Source of the DNA: Octopus bimaculoides
Taxonomy: Eukaryota
Reading direction: 5' to 3'
Length of the DNA: 64,000 bases
Assembly: GCF_001194135.2 (NCBI RefSeq)
Contig: NC_068986.1
Location: forward strand, 72,228,916 to 72,292,915
The translations under genes were made by a program, and so were the position numbers. Below are positions 47,753 to 60,293 of the stretch, piece by piece. The notes beneath the pieces are model-generated. The model was not told where the DNA came from and searched no databases. It saw only the letters and a program-made list of their open reading frames with translations. The first letter of the stretch is position 1, and the number at the start of each line of letters is the position of its first letter.

Positions 47753-50700
47753 CCTAAAACCAATAGAAGTTGAGACAAATACTGAATTACATTTCAAGTA
47801 ATTGTCCAACAATAATTTCTTTTTTTTTTTATTGTTTTAGATTATGATAAACTTGATTCTTTAAAATATTGATGCAGATAATAAACTGCTTCCAGTGCTG
47901 TTGAAGCATTTTCACTCTGTCATTCACTTCATATAACTATAATATTTAAGATGACTCATTGTAAGCCAGCAACAGATCCAAACAACAAAAACTAATTGCC
48001 TTGTCCTCTTTCTGTCTCTCATAATTTAATAATCTAAGCCTAAGAAAAGGACTGCATTTAACTAAACTGTTAGTGTATTATTTAGAAGTATTATTCAGAG
48101 TCACCTTCACATGAAATATAATAGGTCAGGGGATACTACCATATGTAGTACAAGGAACTTTAAAAATTTGTCTCTGAAATTAGCTATCAAGGCGTCATCA
48201 GTGGATATGGCAGACAGAAACTAGAAGTCTGTGGTATTTGTGTGTGTGTGTTATGTACTTGTGGGTATCCTTTTTATGACATGACATGATGGTTGTAAAT
48301 GATCATTATTGTCATACAAGTGATGTGCATTTCCAACCTGTGAAAAACATGACAAGTAACAGGGAAGTATTACTTTAAATGGTAACAGGTGCAGGTTGGT
48401 GACTGGAAGGGCATCTGGCTCTAGAGTTTACCTCAACAAATTCTGTCTGACCCATGGAAGAGCAGATGCTAAATGATATTGATGATGATGATGAATATGC
48501 CATATCTTAAATATTCTAACACAGACTGCCCTATTATTGTATTGGTTTTCTGACCTAAAAGTTAACATTTTACAATTTTTCATTCATACTGTACTTATTT
48601 CCTGGGAAAGACTTGCATTTAGCTCCATTAATCTAACTGTAAATTGGTGCTAATAAGAGAGCTTTATATTTGTACACTGACAGAGTGCTAATCACACGAA
48701 TATTTCATTAGTTTGCTACTTTTCATTTCCAGGATATTATTTGGGAGAAACGGTAGTACTAGAATAAATACTTTACAATATTTAATTAACACCATTTCCA
48801 CCAATCCCTACCTTTTAGCAAAATTCTTCAAAGGTTTGCTCATAAAATATTTCTGTTTGCTGTATTTACACAAATTTATTTTTATTTTGATCCTTATATA
48901 ACTTTATCAATATAAACAACACATTTTTGGTTTCAGTCATTCTTAGATAATGTATAAAATCAATCAGAATAATTTAGAATCTTGAGAATGTTATTGTAGT
49001 CTTTTATTGCTCTTTTTTTTTAGAGGTTTGTTTTGGATTGAAATGATTTGTCAGTATTTCAAAATGTGGAACTGCCATCTAAATTTATATTGTATCATCA
49101 TCCTAATCCTAATTGTTTTCAGCTTTATAGTACCCACTCCAATCTTACTTACCCACCAATATCCCAATTTGTTAAGGCTTTCATTGGATAATAAAGGAAA
49201 CACCGATCCTCCTGAGACATAACATTGCAATTCATATTCAAGTTGTGACTTGAGTATTGAATATGATAAAGCAGCTAAGTCAAATAAAACCTGTTTCTCA
49301 AAAAGAGATTTAATCTGGATACAGCTTTAGCATAATTAGTCATTGTTTGGAATATTCAAAGAGCTTAGTGTGCATGTGCTCTTCAAGTGTTACATTGGCT
49401 CTCAAAGAAATGGATTAATTTGGAAGAGAGAAATTCCTTACAAGTGTAAGTATAGTGGCATGTCTGTTATACCTAAGCTGAATTTTTAATGCACCTGGTG
49501 CAACGGTATAATTTTAAATCTGGATTTGGTTATGTTGAGAAAAAGGAATTATTGAAATTAGCAGTGAAGATAGCTGGTAAACATAGTGAAAGGCATAGCT
49601 CTGTGTCCCCACCATATAGTTCTGGATTCATGGCACCTTGGGCAGGTGTCTTCTATTATAGTCTTGGGCTGAGCAAAGCCTTGTGATTGGAATTGGTAGA
49701 CAGAAACTGATAGAAACCTGCCATATATATATATATATATATATATAAGTTTATGTATATATTAATATTATCTCAGTTTAAAAAAACCTTGACAACGTAA
49801 ATATGTTAATAGTTACCATGAGTAGCAAAAATTACTCAAAAAACCAGGATATCACACCCATTTTATAGGTAGAGATACCAAGTTAAAGTGATGCATTTTG
49901 AGTAGATATGAATAATAACAATAAATGGAGCAAAATGCATATAAATAAAATATGTGTGTGTGTGTCTGTATCTGTGTCCCCACTCCCACCACTTGACAAC
50001 CAGTGTTGGTGTGAAGTATTGGGGTTGATTCATTCAACTGAAATTCTTCAAGGTGATGCCCCAGCATTGCCGCAGTCTAATGACTAAAACAAGTAAAAAG
50101 GTAAAGATAAAGGAACATGTTTACATTGAAAATGGTGTAAGATGTGAAACAAATAACAAAGATATTAACTTTGATAACAATGATGTAGGTTTGGTAGGAA
50201 AAGAAAAGGATATTGGAGGTTGTTGATGTTTCCATGATGGTTATTAGAAGGTGGGAAATTTGGGGATATGCATTGAATAACACTATCAGGTCTTTAACTC
50301 TAATAAATTATTGAAAATTAGTAACAACAATTAACTTTGTGTATGTGGTGGGGACTTGCTTATAACACCATTCTCAGTAAACCAATTTGGAGTGTTAGGT
50401 TTCTGGCTCTTGGAAAATTTGGAATAGTTTGGAGTTTTGAATCAATGGTTAGACTGGCAAAGTCTTGGTAATATTTTCTTGAAAGTTTGTTAACAAGTGG
50501 GATTGGAAGTGATTGTAACAGTAAAGGATTTAAGGAAGAATAAGAGAGTGTGAGCTTTAGCCAAAGTAACTGAAAGGCATTTTTTTTTTTTTTTATGTTT
50601 AAGTGGGTTTGAATTGTACATAACTGCAGACTAACTTTTAAACTGAAGTTTGTGTGGAGTTTGTAGCTGAAGTTAGGAGAATTGGTATTTTTGTAAGAGT

Positions 50701-53700
50701 TAGTGTATAGACCTTTCTGTGACTGTCTGGCATCCTGTTCAGTATTGGCTTATTTTCCATCAGATTAATTGTATAGAGTTTTAAATAAAGTCTTAGCTCT
50801 ATCATTGTTTGTGATTTGTGAAAGGTTTAGCTCGTGATTCCATTCTCCTTGACAAAGAAAGCTAACATTGAACCAAAAGAATGTATAGGTTTTGTTTTAA
50901 AGGAGGTGCTTGACTATCAAGTAGTAGGTCTAAATTGGAAAATTTCTATTTGTATCTTTTAGTGAATATCTAAAATGATTTTTGTCACTCTGCAGTATCC
51001 TGACTCAAATGGGTAACCAAAAATTCACTCATGGATTTAACAGAATTTAAACCATACATCCTTGGGTAAAAAAAAACAATACCATAAAACTAGAGCTTTA
51101 GAAAATAGAAAGAGAAGAATAAAAAGTAATTCTTCTTCCTCTTATTCCCCTTATGTTTTTATGTTTTACTTCCCTATTTAGGCACATGATCGATAGAAGG
51201 GTAATATTCTTACTCCCAGTTTTGCTCATGTTAGTATAATGTAAATGATGTTTAAAGAGCCTCAGTGATCTTTAACACTCAAAGGGCTTTCAAAGAATCT
51301 GTCCAACTCCAACTTCATGGTGTTTGATGAATGAGTGATAAGACTTCCACTCAAAAATACATTTGTGTAATATAGATTTCCTAGATGTTCTAGTACCACA
51401 GCAAGGCAGACCAAGGAAATATAATATTCTGTTCAGAAATACTATTTATCAACCTTTGAATAGGTAATATCCTCTTAGCCATGCCACTTATATTTAATGA
51501 AGGATAAAGAATGTAGCCTATTATCTTGATATGGAATTTTATGTAAACCTATTTCATGGTTGATAAATAATGAGGTAACCTTGATTTAAGACAGGTTATT
51601 CTTAATGTGAATAACAATGAAATAGTAATCTATAGAAATTGTAAAACACATGATTAATACTTTATGGGATTTACTTTGATTCTTCTCTGTCTGAATATTT
51701 ATTTCATCCTAGGCAACTTAATCTTTTTGATACCAACCCACCTGTGAATGCTCTGAATTCTCTAATACAAATTTCCTGTTTTGAAAATGATTTTAATTAA
51801 AAATTTCCATCAAAATTTCAAGTTAATTTGTGTTTCAAATACCAGCTTCATAATGATAAAGTTATTTAAACTAGTCTTGGAGTAGGCGCGGGCTTGGCTG
51901 TGCGGTTAGGAGGCTTGCTTCCCAGCTACATGGTTTCGGGTTCAGTCCCACCATGTGGCACCTTGGGCAAGTGTCTTCTGCTATAGTCCCGGGCTGACCA
52001 AAGCTTTGTGATTGAATTTGGTAGGCGGAAGTTACTGCTGTGTGTGGGTCTTATCTGGTCAAAATATTCTACTTACTTTGCTTTATGTTCAAACTGGTCA
52101 GATCTGGCCTCACACCTACTCTAGAATGTCATTTTAAACATAAACAGTCACATCATCAAAATTTCAAAACTACAAGGTAATGTAGGGTAAATTCAAAACA
52201 ATTTAAATATTTGAATACTAAAGGGTTAACTAAATTCTTCATAAGTTTCAAAATTAATTGAAACAAAGGTAGTATATTTCCACAGAAATATAGTAATGGA
52301 AGGGTTAACCTTTTATTGGTAAAATGTGTACCAGAAATGAGTTGAGGTTGATTTAATCAACTGTGTCAACTTTGCCTTTCATCCTTTCGGGGTCAATAAA
52401 TTAAGTACCAGTTACGCACTGGGGTTGATGTAATCGACTTAAACCCATTGTCTGTCCTTGTTTGTCCCCTCTATGTTTAGCCCCTTGTGGGCAATAAAGA
52501 AATAAGAAATGTAGTGGTGATGAGAGTCTTGAAGAAAATAAGCATAGTGGTCAGCCATCGGATATTGACAACAATCAACTAAGTGCCTTAGTCGAAGCCA
52601 ATCCGTGCACAACTGTTTGAGAGCTTGCTTCTGAATTAGATGTAACGTATACGACAATTTTCAACCACTTGAAAGAGATTGGGAAAACAAAAATACTTGA
52701 GAAATGTGTGCCGCACAAATTGAACAACAACCAAAAAAAACACTGCTTTGATGTGTTGTCTTCCTTTCTTTTACGCAACAAGAATGACCCGTTTCTCGAC
52801 TGGATTGTAACTTGCAATGAAAAGTGGATTCTTTACGACAACCAGCGATGCTCAGCTCAGTGGTTGGATACCAATGAAGTTCCACGGCACTTCCCGAAGC
52901 CAAAGTTGCACCAAAAGAAGGTCATAGTGACTTTTTGGTGGTCTGCGGCCAATCCAGACGAAACCATTACGGCGGAGAAATACTGTCAGTAAATCGATGA
53001 AATGCATAAGAAACTCTGATAACAACAGCCAGCATTGGTCAATAGAAAAGGACCAATTCTTCTCCATGACAACATTCGGCTGCACGTTGCACAACTGACC
53101 CTGCAGAAGTTGAACAAATTGGGCTATGAAACTCTGCCTTGTCCGTCATACTCACCAGACCTCTCGCCTACCAGCTACCACTTTTTCAAGCATCTTCCTG
53201 TGTGAGAAATGCTTCAAAAACCAGGACGATGCAAAATACGCCTTCAACGACTTTGTCGCCACCAGAACGCAGGATTGTTATGCTACTGACATAAATAAAC
53301 TTGTTTCGCGTTGGCAAAAGTGTGTTGATTCTGATGGTGTTTATTTTGATTAATAAAGTTCTGTTTGAGCCGAGATATGTGCATCTGAATTTAAAGGTTA
53401 AAAACTGCAAGAACTTTCTTGACAACCTGATAGTAATTATTTACTATATAAAAGTTATTGGTAATCTACAAAATCAATCTAGATGAGATAGGCAGTTAGA
53501 AATATAACAACTTTTATTGATTAGACTAAAAATTAACAGAAAATCTTAAATTTTCAGAAAAATGTAAATAGTGTATTCGGAAAGTTATATCTTTGACAGG
53601 CATTTACACTGTTCCGTTATACATTCAGTTATGCCAACGATTTGTCCAATAGCAGTCATTAAGTCTATCATTTCTCTGGTATTTTATTGAGCAGAACTGT

Positions 53701-55839
53701 GATTAACAGTGACTAAGTGGACATTATAAATACACATTCATCACATTCTGATTTGGTGTATTGAGAGACATTTTAAGGTATTTAATGATTCTCACTTTAT
53801 TTATACCAGTAGTTATTCTAGTTTGAAATATTTCTACACGAATCAAAGCTGAGATGTAGAATGAAGTTTAATATGGAAAAATAATTCAAACTGGTTACAC
53901 ACACTTGTGTGCATCTGTGCACACACACACACTATCACCACCACCATCATCAACATCATCATTGTTTTAACGTCTGCTTTGCTAGAACCACATGGTTTGG
54001 ATGATAGTGTGTTAGAGCAAAGATTTCTACAGCCAGACACCCTTCTTGGTGCCAGCTCCTACATGTTTCCAAATAAGATGATAATCTGCCAGTCTATCTA
54101 AAAGTAAACAGCCTGGATATGGTAATGCAAAGAACCAGAAATAAGCAACACTGTTCAAATAAGCCTTTTGTTTACAAAGGTTATGCAATATGTGAAGATA
54201 TGGGCTTTAAAATGCAGTCAGTGTTGGGGAAACAGTTTTGTATTGCTAATTATTAAGATTGCTGAGGGAAAATTCCTCATCTACATTATATGTGTTAAAT
54301 AAAATTCTGCATTCTCAATACAAGTACAGTAGGGTTTCGCAAATAAAATACAGAAATTTAAAAACTGAGATTACACATGCAATTCATAAATTAAAACTTC
54401 CTTCCTGATGTTTAAAAGTGACTATCAAGGGATAAAACTCAAATAGGGTTAACTGACCAAAAGTTTTAGAAAATATAGACACAGGCACAGGGTTTACAAC
54501 TACATGGTTTCAGGTTCAGTCCCACTGCATGGCACCTTGGGCAAGTATCTTCTATTCTAGCCCAGGCCAACCAATGCCATGTTGGGAATTTGGAAATCTG
54601 TTGTGTATATGTATGTATGCATGTATGTCTTGTCTTCTGTATTCGATCATTTAAATTCTTCCTCTGAAGAAGGAGCTGGTTTCTAACAAAGATACAAAGC
54701 TCCATCTTTGGAAAGTAGATAACAAAAACAATGTCACATTTTAAACCCGAGAAAAATCTTGCATAGTTTTACTGTTCCACTTACAGATTGTATTTGTAAT
54801 GTGCGAATCAGTTGGTTGATTTCTTTTTCTGAAAATCCAAGCTTATCCAGATTGACAGTTAGGCATTTACTTACAAAACCAAGTGTTGCAATTATTATTG
54901 GTATAAATGTAAATTTGTAATCCAGATATAGAAGCTGGTGGTTTCAAAGCAGCTGTCCATAATTATCTTCTTTTTCTTTGATTTTCAAAGAGATGTTCAC
55001 ATAAGTAGTACAGCTGATCTTTATGCTGGTACATACATTTTCTTGTCTGTCCTAAACAATATCTGGCCTGTTATGCTTACACTTGACAGATGTTTTGATG
55101 GAAATGTTTCACCAGTGTTCCTTGTGCAGGTATTTGTGTACATATTCAATAACAGAGGGATTTTTCTATATTTATTCCAGCACAGTCTTTTTTCTAAATG
55201 GCATCATATATTGTTTTTGCAACGTCATATTGCATAGCAAAGTATTACCTTGATGACATTTTTGGGCAACTGCTAATCACACGTGTTATGCCTTTCATGA
55301 AATATGATATAATTTACATTTTCGGTTGCATCTTGGAACTTCAAGGGCTTTACTGTCTCTTTTATTGATTAGGTATTTAGTAGCAATCTCCTGTTCTTGG
55401 ATTGCAAATGCATAGCCTTCGAAGTGTGTTGTGATGTAGTAGTCATGAGTCTAAGAAAGGCTTTGCTTCATGTCAATGTTACTATCTTCTACGAGTCTAC
55501 AAGAAACATACCCATTATTTAAATTAACCCTTAAGCATTTAAACTGTCCATATTCAGTCCAAATACTCCACTTGTTTTATGTTCAAACTGGACAGAGCTG
55601 GCATCTCTCACATTTACTCTACAATATCATTCCAAAAATAAACAATCACATCATCAAAATCTTAAAGCTATGAGATAATGTAGGATTAATTTAAAACAAT
55701 GTGAATAAATAAATGCTACAATTTTTTTTTAACTTGGTACTTATTCTCTTGGTCTCTTTTGCTGAACCACTAAGTTACAAGGACATAAACATACCGGCAT
55801 GAATTGTCAAGCAATAGTGTGAGACAAACAAACACAAAG

Positions 55840-55903
<64 letters not shown>

Positions 55904-56351
55904 CCACACACACACACTCTCTTTATTTATTTGCAGAAAGTCACCTTGTATTAAATTTGTTTTATTCCTTACATTTGAAGTTTTATCCCTTGCTTGTTGG
56001 TTTTAGGTTTTAAATACTCCTTGAGTAAATTTTTGTTAACTAACTCTTTGGATAATCTCAGTTAATCTAACGTTTTCAACTCACTGTGTTACACATGTGA
56101 GACTACTATAAATATAAAAAGTAGCCCCATGTTGTTCACAACTCATCTCTTTATTCATTTGCAGAAAGTCACTGTGTGCTAAATTTGTTTAAATTTTAGG
56201 CATGGCTGTGTGGTAAGATGTTTCCTTCCTAACCACATGGTTCTGGGTTCAGTCCCACTGCATGGCATCTTGGGCAAACATCTTCTATTAAGGCCTTCCA
56301 AAGCTTTGTGAGTGGATTTGGTTGGCAGAAACAGAAAGGAGCCCATAATGC

Positions 56352-56382
<31 letters not shown>

Positions 56383-59246
56383 CATGTATGTTTGTGTTTA
56401 TGTTTGTCTCTTACCATTGCTTGACAATTCATGCTGCTGTGTTTATGTCCCTGTAACTTAGTGGTCCAGCAAAAGAGACCAATAAAATAAGTATCAGGTT
56501 TTAAAAAAATGGAATTGGAGTTCATTCATTCCACTAAAACCTATCAAGGCAGTGTCCCAGCCAGGCTGCAGTCTAATAACTGAAACAAATAACAGGTAAA
56601 AGATAAAATTAAAAGAACTAATTACACGAGGAATAATTAAATTGTTAAAATGTGAAATAGATTTAAAGAATATTTGGGCATTTGGTCTTGATAACCTTTT
56701 GTAACTACCATACTAGCAAGTTAGTTTTTGTTTGTGGCAGATGTTCAGGTGCAATAAAGACTGCAAACAAACAGGAAACAACTTCTATCTCATTCCAGGG
56801 TGAAAAACTAGAGGTAGTCGATAGCTTCCGCTATCTGGGCGACCAAGTTAGTAGTGGGGGTGGGTGCGCTGAAAGTGTAGCTGCTAGAATAAGAATAGCC
56901 TGGGCAAAGTTTAGAGAGCTCTTACCCCTGCTGGCGACAAAGGGACTCTCACTCAGAGTAAAAGGCAGACTGTATGACGCATGCGTACGAACAACCATGC
57001 TACATGGCAGTGAAACATGGGCTGTAACTGCTGAGGACATACGTAAGNNNNNNNNNNNNNNNNNNNNNNNNNNNNNNNNNNNNNNNNNNNNNNNNNNNNN
57101 NNNNNNNNNNNNNNNNNNNNNNNNNNNNNNNNNNNNNNNNNNNNNNNNNNNNNNNNNNNNNNNNNNNNNNNNNNNNNNNNNNNNNNNNNNNNNNNNNNNN
57201 NNNNNNNNNNNNNNNNNNNNNNNNNNNNNNNNNNNNNNNNNNNNNNNNNNNNNNNNNNNNNNNNNNNNNNNNNNNNNNNNNNNNNNNNNNNNNNNNNNNN
57301 NNNNNNNNNNNNNNNNNNNNNNNNNNNNNNNNNNNNNNNNNNNNNNNNNNNNNNNNNNNNNNNNNNNNNNNNNNNNNNNNNNNNNNNNNNNNNNNNNNNN
57401 NNNNNNNNNNNNNNNNNNNNNNNNNNNNNNNNNNNNNNNNNNNNNNNNNNNNNNNNNNNNNNNNNNNNNNNNNNNNNNNNNNGGCACATAAAAGACACCA
57501 TTTCGAGCGTGGCCGTTTTCGTGCGGGTGACACGTAAAAGCACCCACTACACTCTCTGAGTGGTTGGCGTTAGGAAGGGCATCCAGCTGTAGAAACTCTG
57601 CCAAATCAGACTGGAGCCTGGTGTTGCCATCCGGTTTCACCAGTCCTCAGTCAAATCGTCCAACCCATGCTAGCATGGAAAGCGGACGTTAAACGATGAT
57701 GATGATGATGATGATAGCAAGTTGACATATTACTTTCCATTGATGGTGCAGCCCTTTTGAAGATAGTCAATTAACACAATGCCTTTTGCATCCCAAAAAC
57801 CTGTGGCTATCACTTTCCCTGCAGATAAAACAACCTTGGCCTTCTTTGGAACAAGAGAATGGAAGTGTCAAGGTTTCCACACTAAGTCTTATTCAGTGAG
57901 TTCACTTCAGAAAAAAAAAACCATGGGGTTGTCCTCTTTGAAGATACAAAGACCAACACAAAGCAACACTGAAAGCCTTGGCCTTCTTTGGAACAGGTGA
58001 GGAGGGATGTTTCCACTGCATGGATTGGTTCTTTGTCTCTGGCTCAAAGTGATGACAACAACTCTCATCCTGACCTTTGAAAACATTCAAGGAAACCACC
58101 TGGATCTGCCTGAAACTATATCAGATTTTCCTGTGATATGATCAACCTGGTGCACTTTTGATCAGGTGTCAGAAGACATGGTACCCACCAAGTAGAAATG
58201 TTCATCATACCAAGTTCATTGCGCAGAATATTATCAACTCTCTTACAGGATATGCTAATAGTATTTACTATTTGATTTATAATCAGTCACTTGTTATCCC
58301 TTACCATGTGGTGAACATAATCAATATTTTGCTCGATGGTGGCAGATGCAGGATGTCCAGACCTTGGGTCACCTTCAAGACTCTCACTTCCTTTTATATG
58401 TATATGTATGTGTGAGTGTGTGTGTGTGTGTGTGTGTGTATAAAATGTATGTATGTATGTACATACGTATGTACACGTGTGTGCTTGTATATACCTATGT
58501 ATGTATGTACGTACACAAACACATGTATATAACTCTCTCTTTCACCTATCCTCTGATGCTACTTTTCACTTCTTTTCTATTGCCAATCTACATTGGTATG
58601 CTAGATGGACCAACCCATTCCATCACTGGGTCCACCTGCTAAACCCATGTCATTACTATTACATATTGTCTGCTCTACCTTCTCCTTCACACTCGCCTCT
58701 GACATTACTCTTCTCTTCCCTTCCTCAGTCACCTACTTAACTCATCGCAGCACTATTACTACATTGTCAACTCTTCCCTCTTCTTCCTGCTAACCCATAG
58801 CATTATTCTTCTCCTCCCCCTCTTTTGTCTCCTCTTCTCCCTTCTCAACACTACTCCCTCTGTTATTATCTCCATTACCATTGCATCACAATAAATCTGT
58901 TCCTTTCATCATGAGGAGCCTTCTCTCATTTTGCAGGCTACAAGGTGACCCCAACAGTGCTGTTGCCACAAAAAGCACCGAAGACACACAGTGTTTGGTA
59001 AATGATTCAAACAGTGACAATGCAGGGTTAGAGAAGGCTCTTTAGTCTTACTGATGGTAAGGCAACCTCTTCTGTGCTGGTTCCATAAAAATGCACCTAA
59101 TATACTGTAAAATAGTTGGTGTTCAGAAGGGCATCCAGCTGTAAAAATAACACCAAGAATAAGATATTGATGGTAGATGTGGTCTTCTGATACATTGCAT
59201 CCTATCAAACCATCTTACCCATGCCAGCATGAAAAGTGGACTTCAA

Positions 59247-59278
<32 letters not shown>

Positions 59279-60293
59279 GGTGGCAGCCTTCTCCCCCTCC
59301 CCTCCCCCTCCTCTTCCTCATCTTCCTTCTTTTTTCAGTTTCTGTTTTCCAAATCAGCACACAAAGCTTTGGTCAACCAGGGCCCACAATTGAAGACACT
59401 CTTATTCAAGTTGCTGTACAGGGGAAGAGAGGACTTTGAATTCCTTACCTCAATCATGATTGCATGGGCTGACCTGCAAAGAGACATGTTTATCAGTTAA
59501 CCAATGACATTGAGCGTTATGAAGAATAACTGTGACATGGCCTGGAAGATAGAGATGGGTAGAGGATGGAGGTCATGTGAATCCAAGCAAGTTTGATCTG
59601 ATAAAAGTAAGGATGATGATAATATATGAGTGACTGTATGTGTAAATATCGAGTCACTGATCTTGAAACACCATTTTCAATGGTCAGGACATATAGCGAG
59701 AATAGAAGTGTCAAGAATTCCACACCAAGTCTTATTCAGTGAGTTCACTTCACGGAAAAGACCATGGGGTTGTCCTCTTTGAAGATACAAGGACCAACTC
59801 AAAGTAACACCGAAAACCACTGGAATTGAGCCTAAATGATTTGAAACATAAACCCAAGATTGTAACAAGTGGTTTCATCACCATCGGAACCAAAAGCTTC
59901 GAAACCACCAGAAAAGAAAAGGAACAAATCAAATGACAGGAGAGAAAAGTTCAACAAAATCAACCTTGTCCTTCACCAACATTGCCATGCAGTCAATACC
60001 ATCAACTCTTCTATGCCAGAATTGGTCTACGTTACATAAAATAATGAAAACATAACAATGGTGTTGCCATAATGTGCAAACCAACTGGGAAAAGTTTTAT
60101 CAAAATTGATTCACAGAAAACTGAGAAATTCTAAGATATTAGCATGGTTCTGGGTGTATGTAAAATGCCAGAGAAAGAAACTTAGCTGTTTCTTGCAATA
60201 CATACCAATACATTCATCTGAAGCAAAATTTTTTCAGGAACCCTTAAAATATTATTGTGGATCCCATAAAGGAAGCGTTCAGCAAAGAAGAAC
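47694..60293 (-). CDS. 3' portion of an unrecognised multi-exon protein-coding gene (10 candidate small exons)
   Basis: Phase-consistent GT-AG chain 60206-60293, 60036-60130, 56085-56171, 53608-53675, 51454-51517, 49442-49472, 49153-49211, 48812-48859, 48595-48632, 47694-47752. It ends ...YNRHATILTLEDRCFLYYPMKALTNWDIGGKQKYFMSKPLKNFAKRLMELNASLSQEIRRQRKWYHDVHKLLAYILT*. The five 3' exons are the most convincing. Confidence 0.5.
48220..48495 (+). mobile_element. RTE-type tail-derived copy
   Basis: ggaagtattacttt...ggaagggcatctggct...gatgatgatg. Confidence 0.55.
48595..48632 (-). CDS. Unknown gene exon (LMELNASLSQEI)
   Basis: ttag acceptor, gtacag donor, phase 2 to 1. Confidence 0.55.
48812..48859 (-). 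CDS. Unknown gene exon (KQKYFMSKPLKNFAK)
   Basis: tacag acceptor, gtaggg donor. Confidence 0.55.
49153..49211 (-). CDS. Unknown gene exon (EDRCFLYYPMKALTNWDIG)
   Basis: tctcag acceptor, gtaagt donor. Confidence 0.6.
49442..49472 (-). CDS. Unknown gene exon (YNRHATILTL)
   Basis: cttag acceptor, gtaagg donor. Confidence 0.55.
49610..50105 (+). mobile_element. tRNA-derived SINE family A with expanded AT-rich interior
   Basis: ggcaccttgggcaggtgtcttctatta... to gcagtctaatgactaaaacaagtaaaaag. Confidence 0.7.
50330..50960 (-). pseudogene. Decayed CR1-like LINE 3' region
   Basis: LAKAHTLLFFLKSFT-like fragment on the minus strand. Confidence 0.35.
51718..52308. mobile_element. TTAA MITE interrupted by a SINE head (51885-52035) and a second TTAA MITE (52040-52229)
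   Basis: The halves together match the intact copy at 28294-28526; the inner MITE matches 55523-55720. Confidence 0.65.
52330..52515 (+). mobile_element. CORE-type SINE family B, 3' part
   Basis: gcctttcatcctttcggggtcaataaattaagtaccag...gggcaataaagaaataagaaa. Confidence 0.8.
52516..53432 (+). mobile_element. Mariner (SETMAR/Mos1-like) transposase pseudogene, 5'-truncated
   Basis: CVPHKL, IVTCNEKWILYDN, KLHQKKVIVTFWWS, LLHDNIRLH, YSPDLSP motifs with stops and frameshifts; right TIR aaaactgcaagaactttcttgacaacctgata. Confidence 0.9.
54770..55500 (-). pseudogene. Dong/R4-like LINE C-terminal relic (CCHC plus restriction-like endonuclease)
   Basis: FEGYAFAIQEQEIATKYL...HVISSCPKMSSR...IPIIIATLGFVSKCL. 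Confidence 0.6.
55523..55720. mobile_element. TTAA-type MITE (partial)
   Basis: Starts ttaaccctta; matches 52040-52229. Confidence 0.55.
55725..55918 (-). mobile_element. SINE family A fragment with long (CA)n
   Basis: ttttgctgaaccactaagttacaaggacataaac; CA run at 55841-55916. Confidence 0.7.
56200..56605 (+). mobile_element. tRNA-derived SINE family A, full length
   Basis: Colinear with 61570-61962. Confidence 0.85.
56705..57713 (+). mobile_element. Young 5'-truncated RTE-LINE (RT C-terminus, gap, 3' UTR, (GAT)n tail)
   Basis: Open frame EKLEVVDSFRYLGDQV...IRIAWAKFRELLPLL...LYDACVRTTMLHGSETWA; tail aaacgatgatgatgatgatgat. Confidence 0.9.
57720..58390 (-). mobile_element. Mariner transposase pseudogene (second subfamily)
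   Basis: ESLEGDPRSGHP, WWVPCLLT, DESCCHHFEPETKNQSMQWKHPSSPVPKKAK, SAGKVIATGFWDAKG. Confidence 0.85.
58420..59285. mobile_element. Microsatellite plus RTE relics, ending in a (GAT)n(GGT)n tail
   Basis: ccatgccagcatgaaaagtggacttcaaatgatgatgatgatgatggtggtggtgg. Confidence 0.55.
59650..59950 (+). pseudogene. RTE/BovB-like LINE RT C-terminal fragment
   Basis: HFQWSGHIARIEVSRIPHQVLFSEF..RPWGCP..RYKDQLK. Confidence 0.6.
60206..60293 (-). CDS. Unknown gene exon (FFFAERFLYGIHNNILRVPEKILLQMNVL)
   Basis: atttag acceptor, gtatgt donor, only one open frame. Confidence 0.55.

Noticed and set aside
51742-51775. 34-nt exon-like segment with good ag/gt sites on the minus strand
   Set aside because: It lies within a TTAA MITE homologous to 28294-28526 and is not needed for the phase-consistent exon chain.
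57615-57655. CTGAGGA-ctggt-GAAACCGG on the minus strand
   Set aside because: Antisense of the ordinary RTE tail, with no NUH site or stem I.
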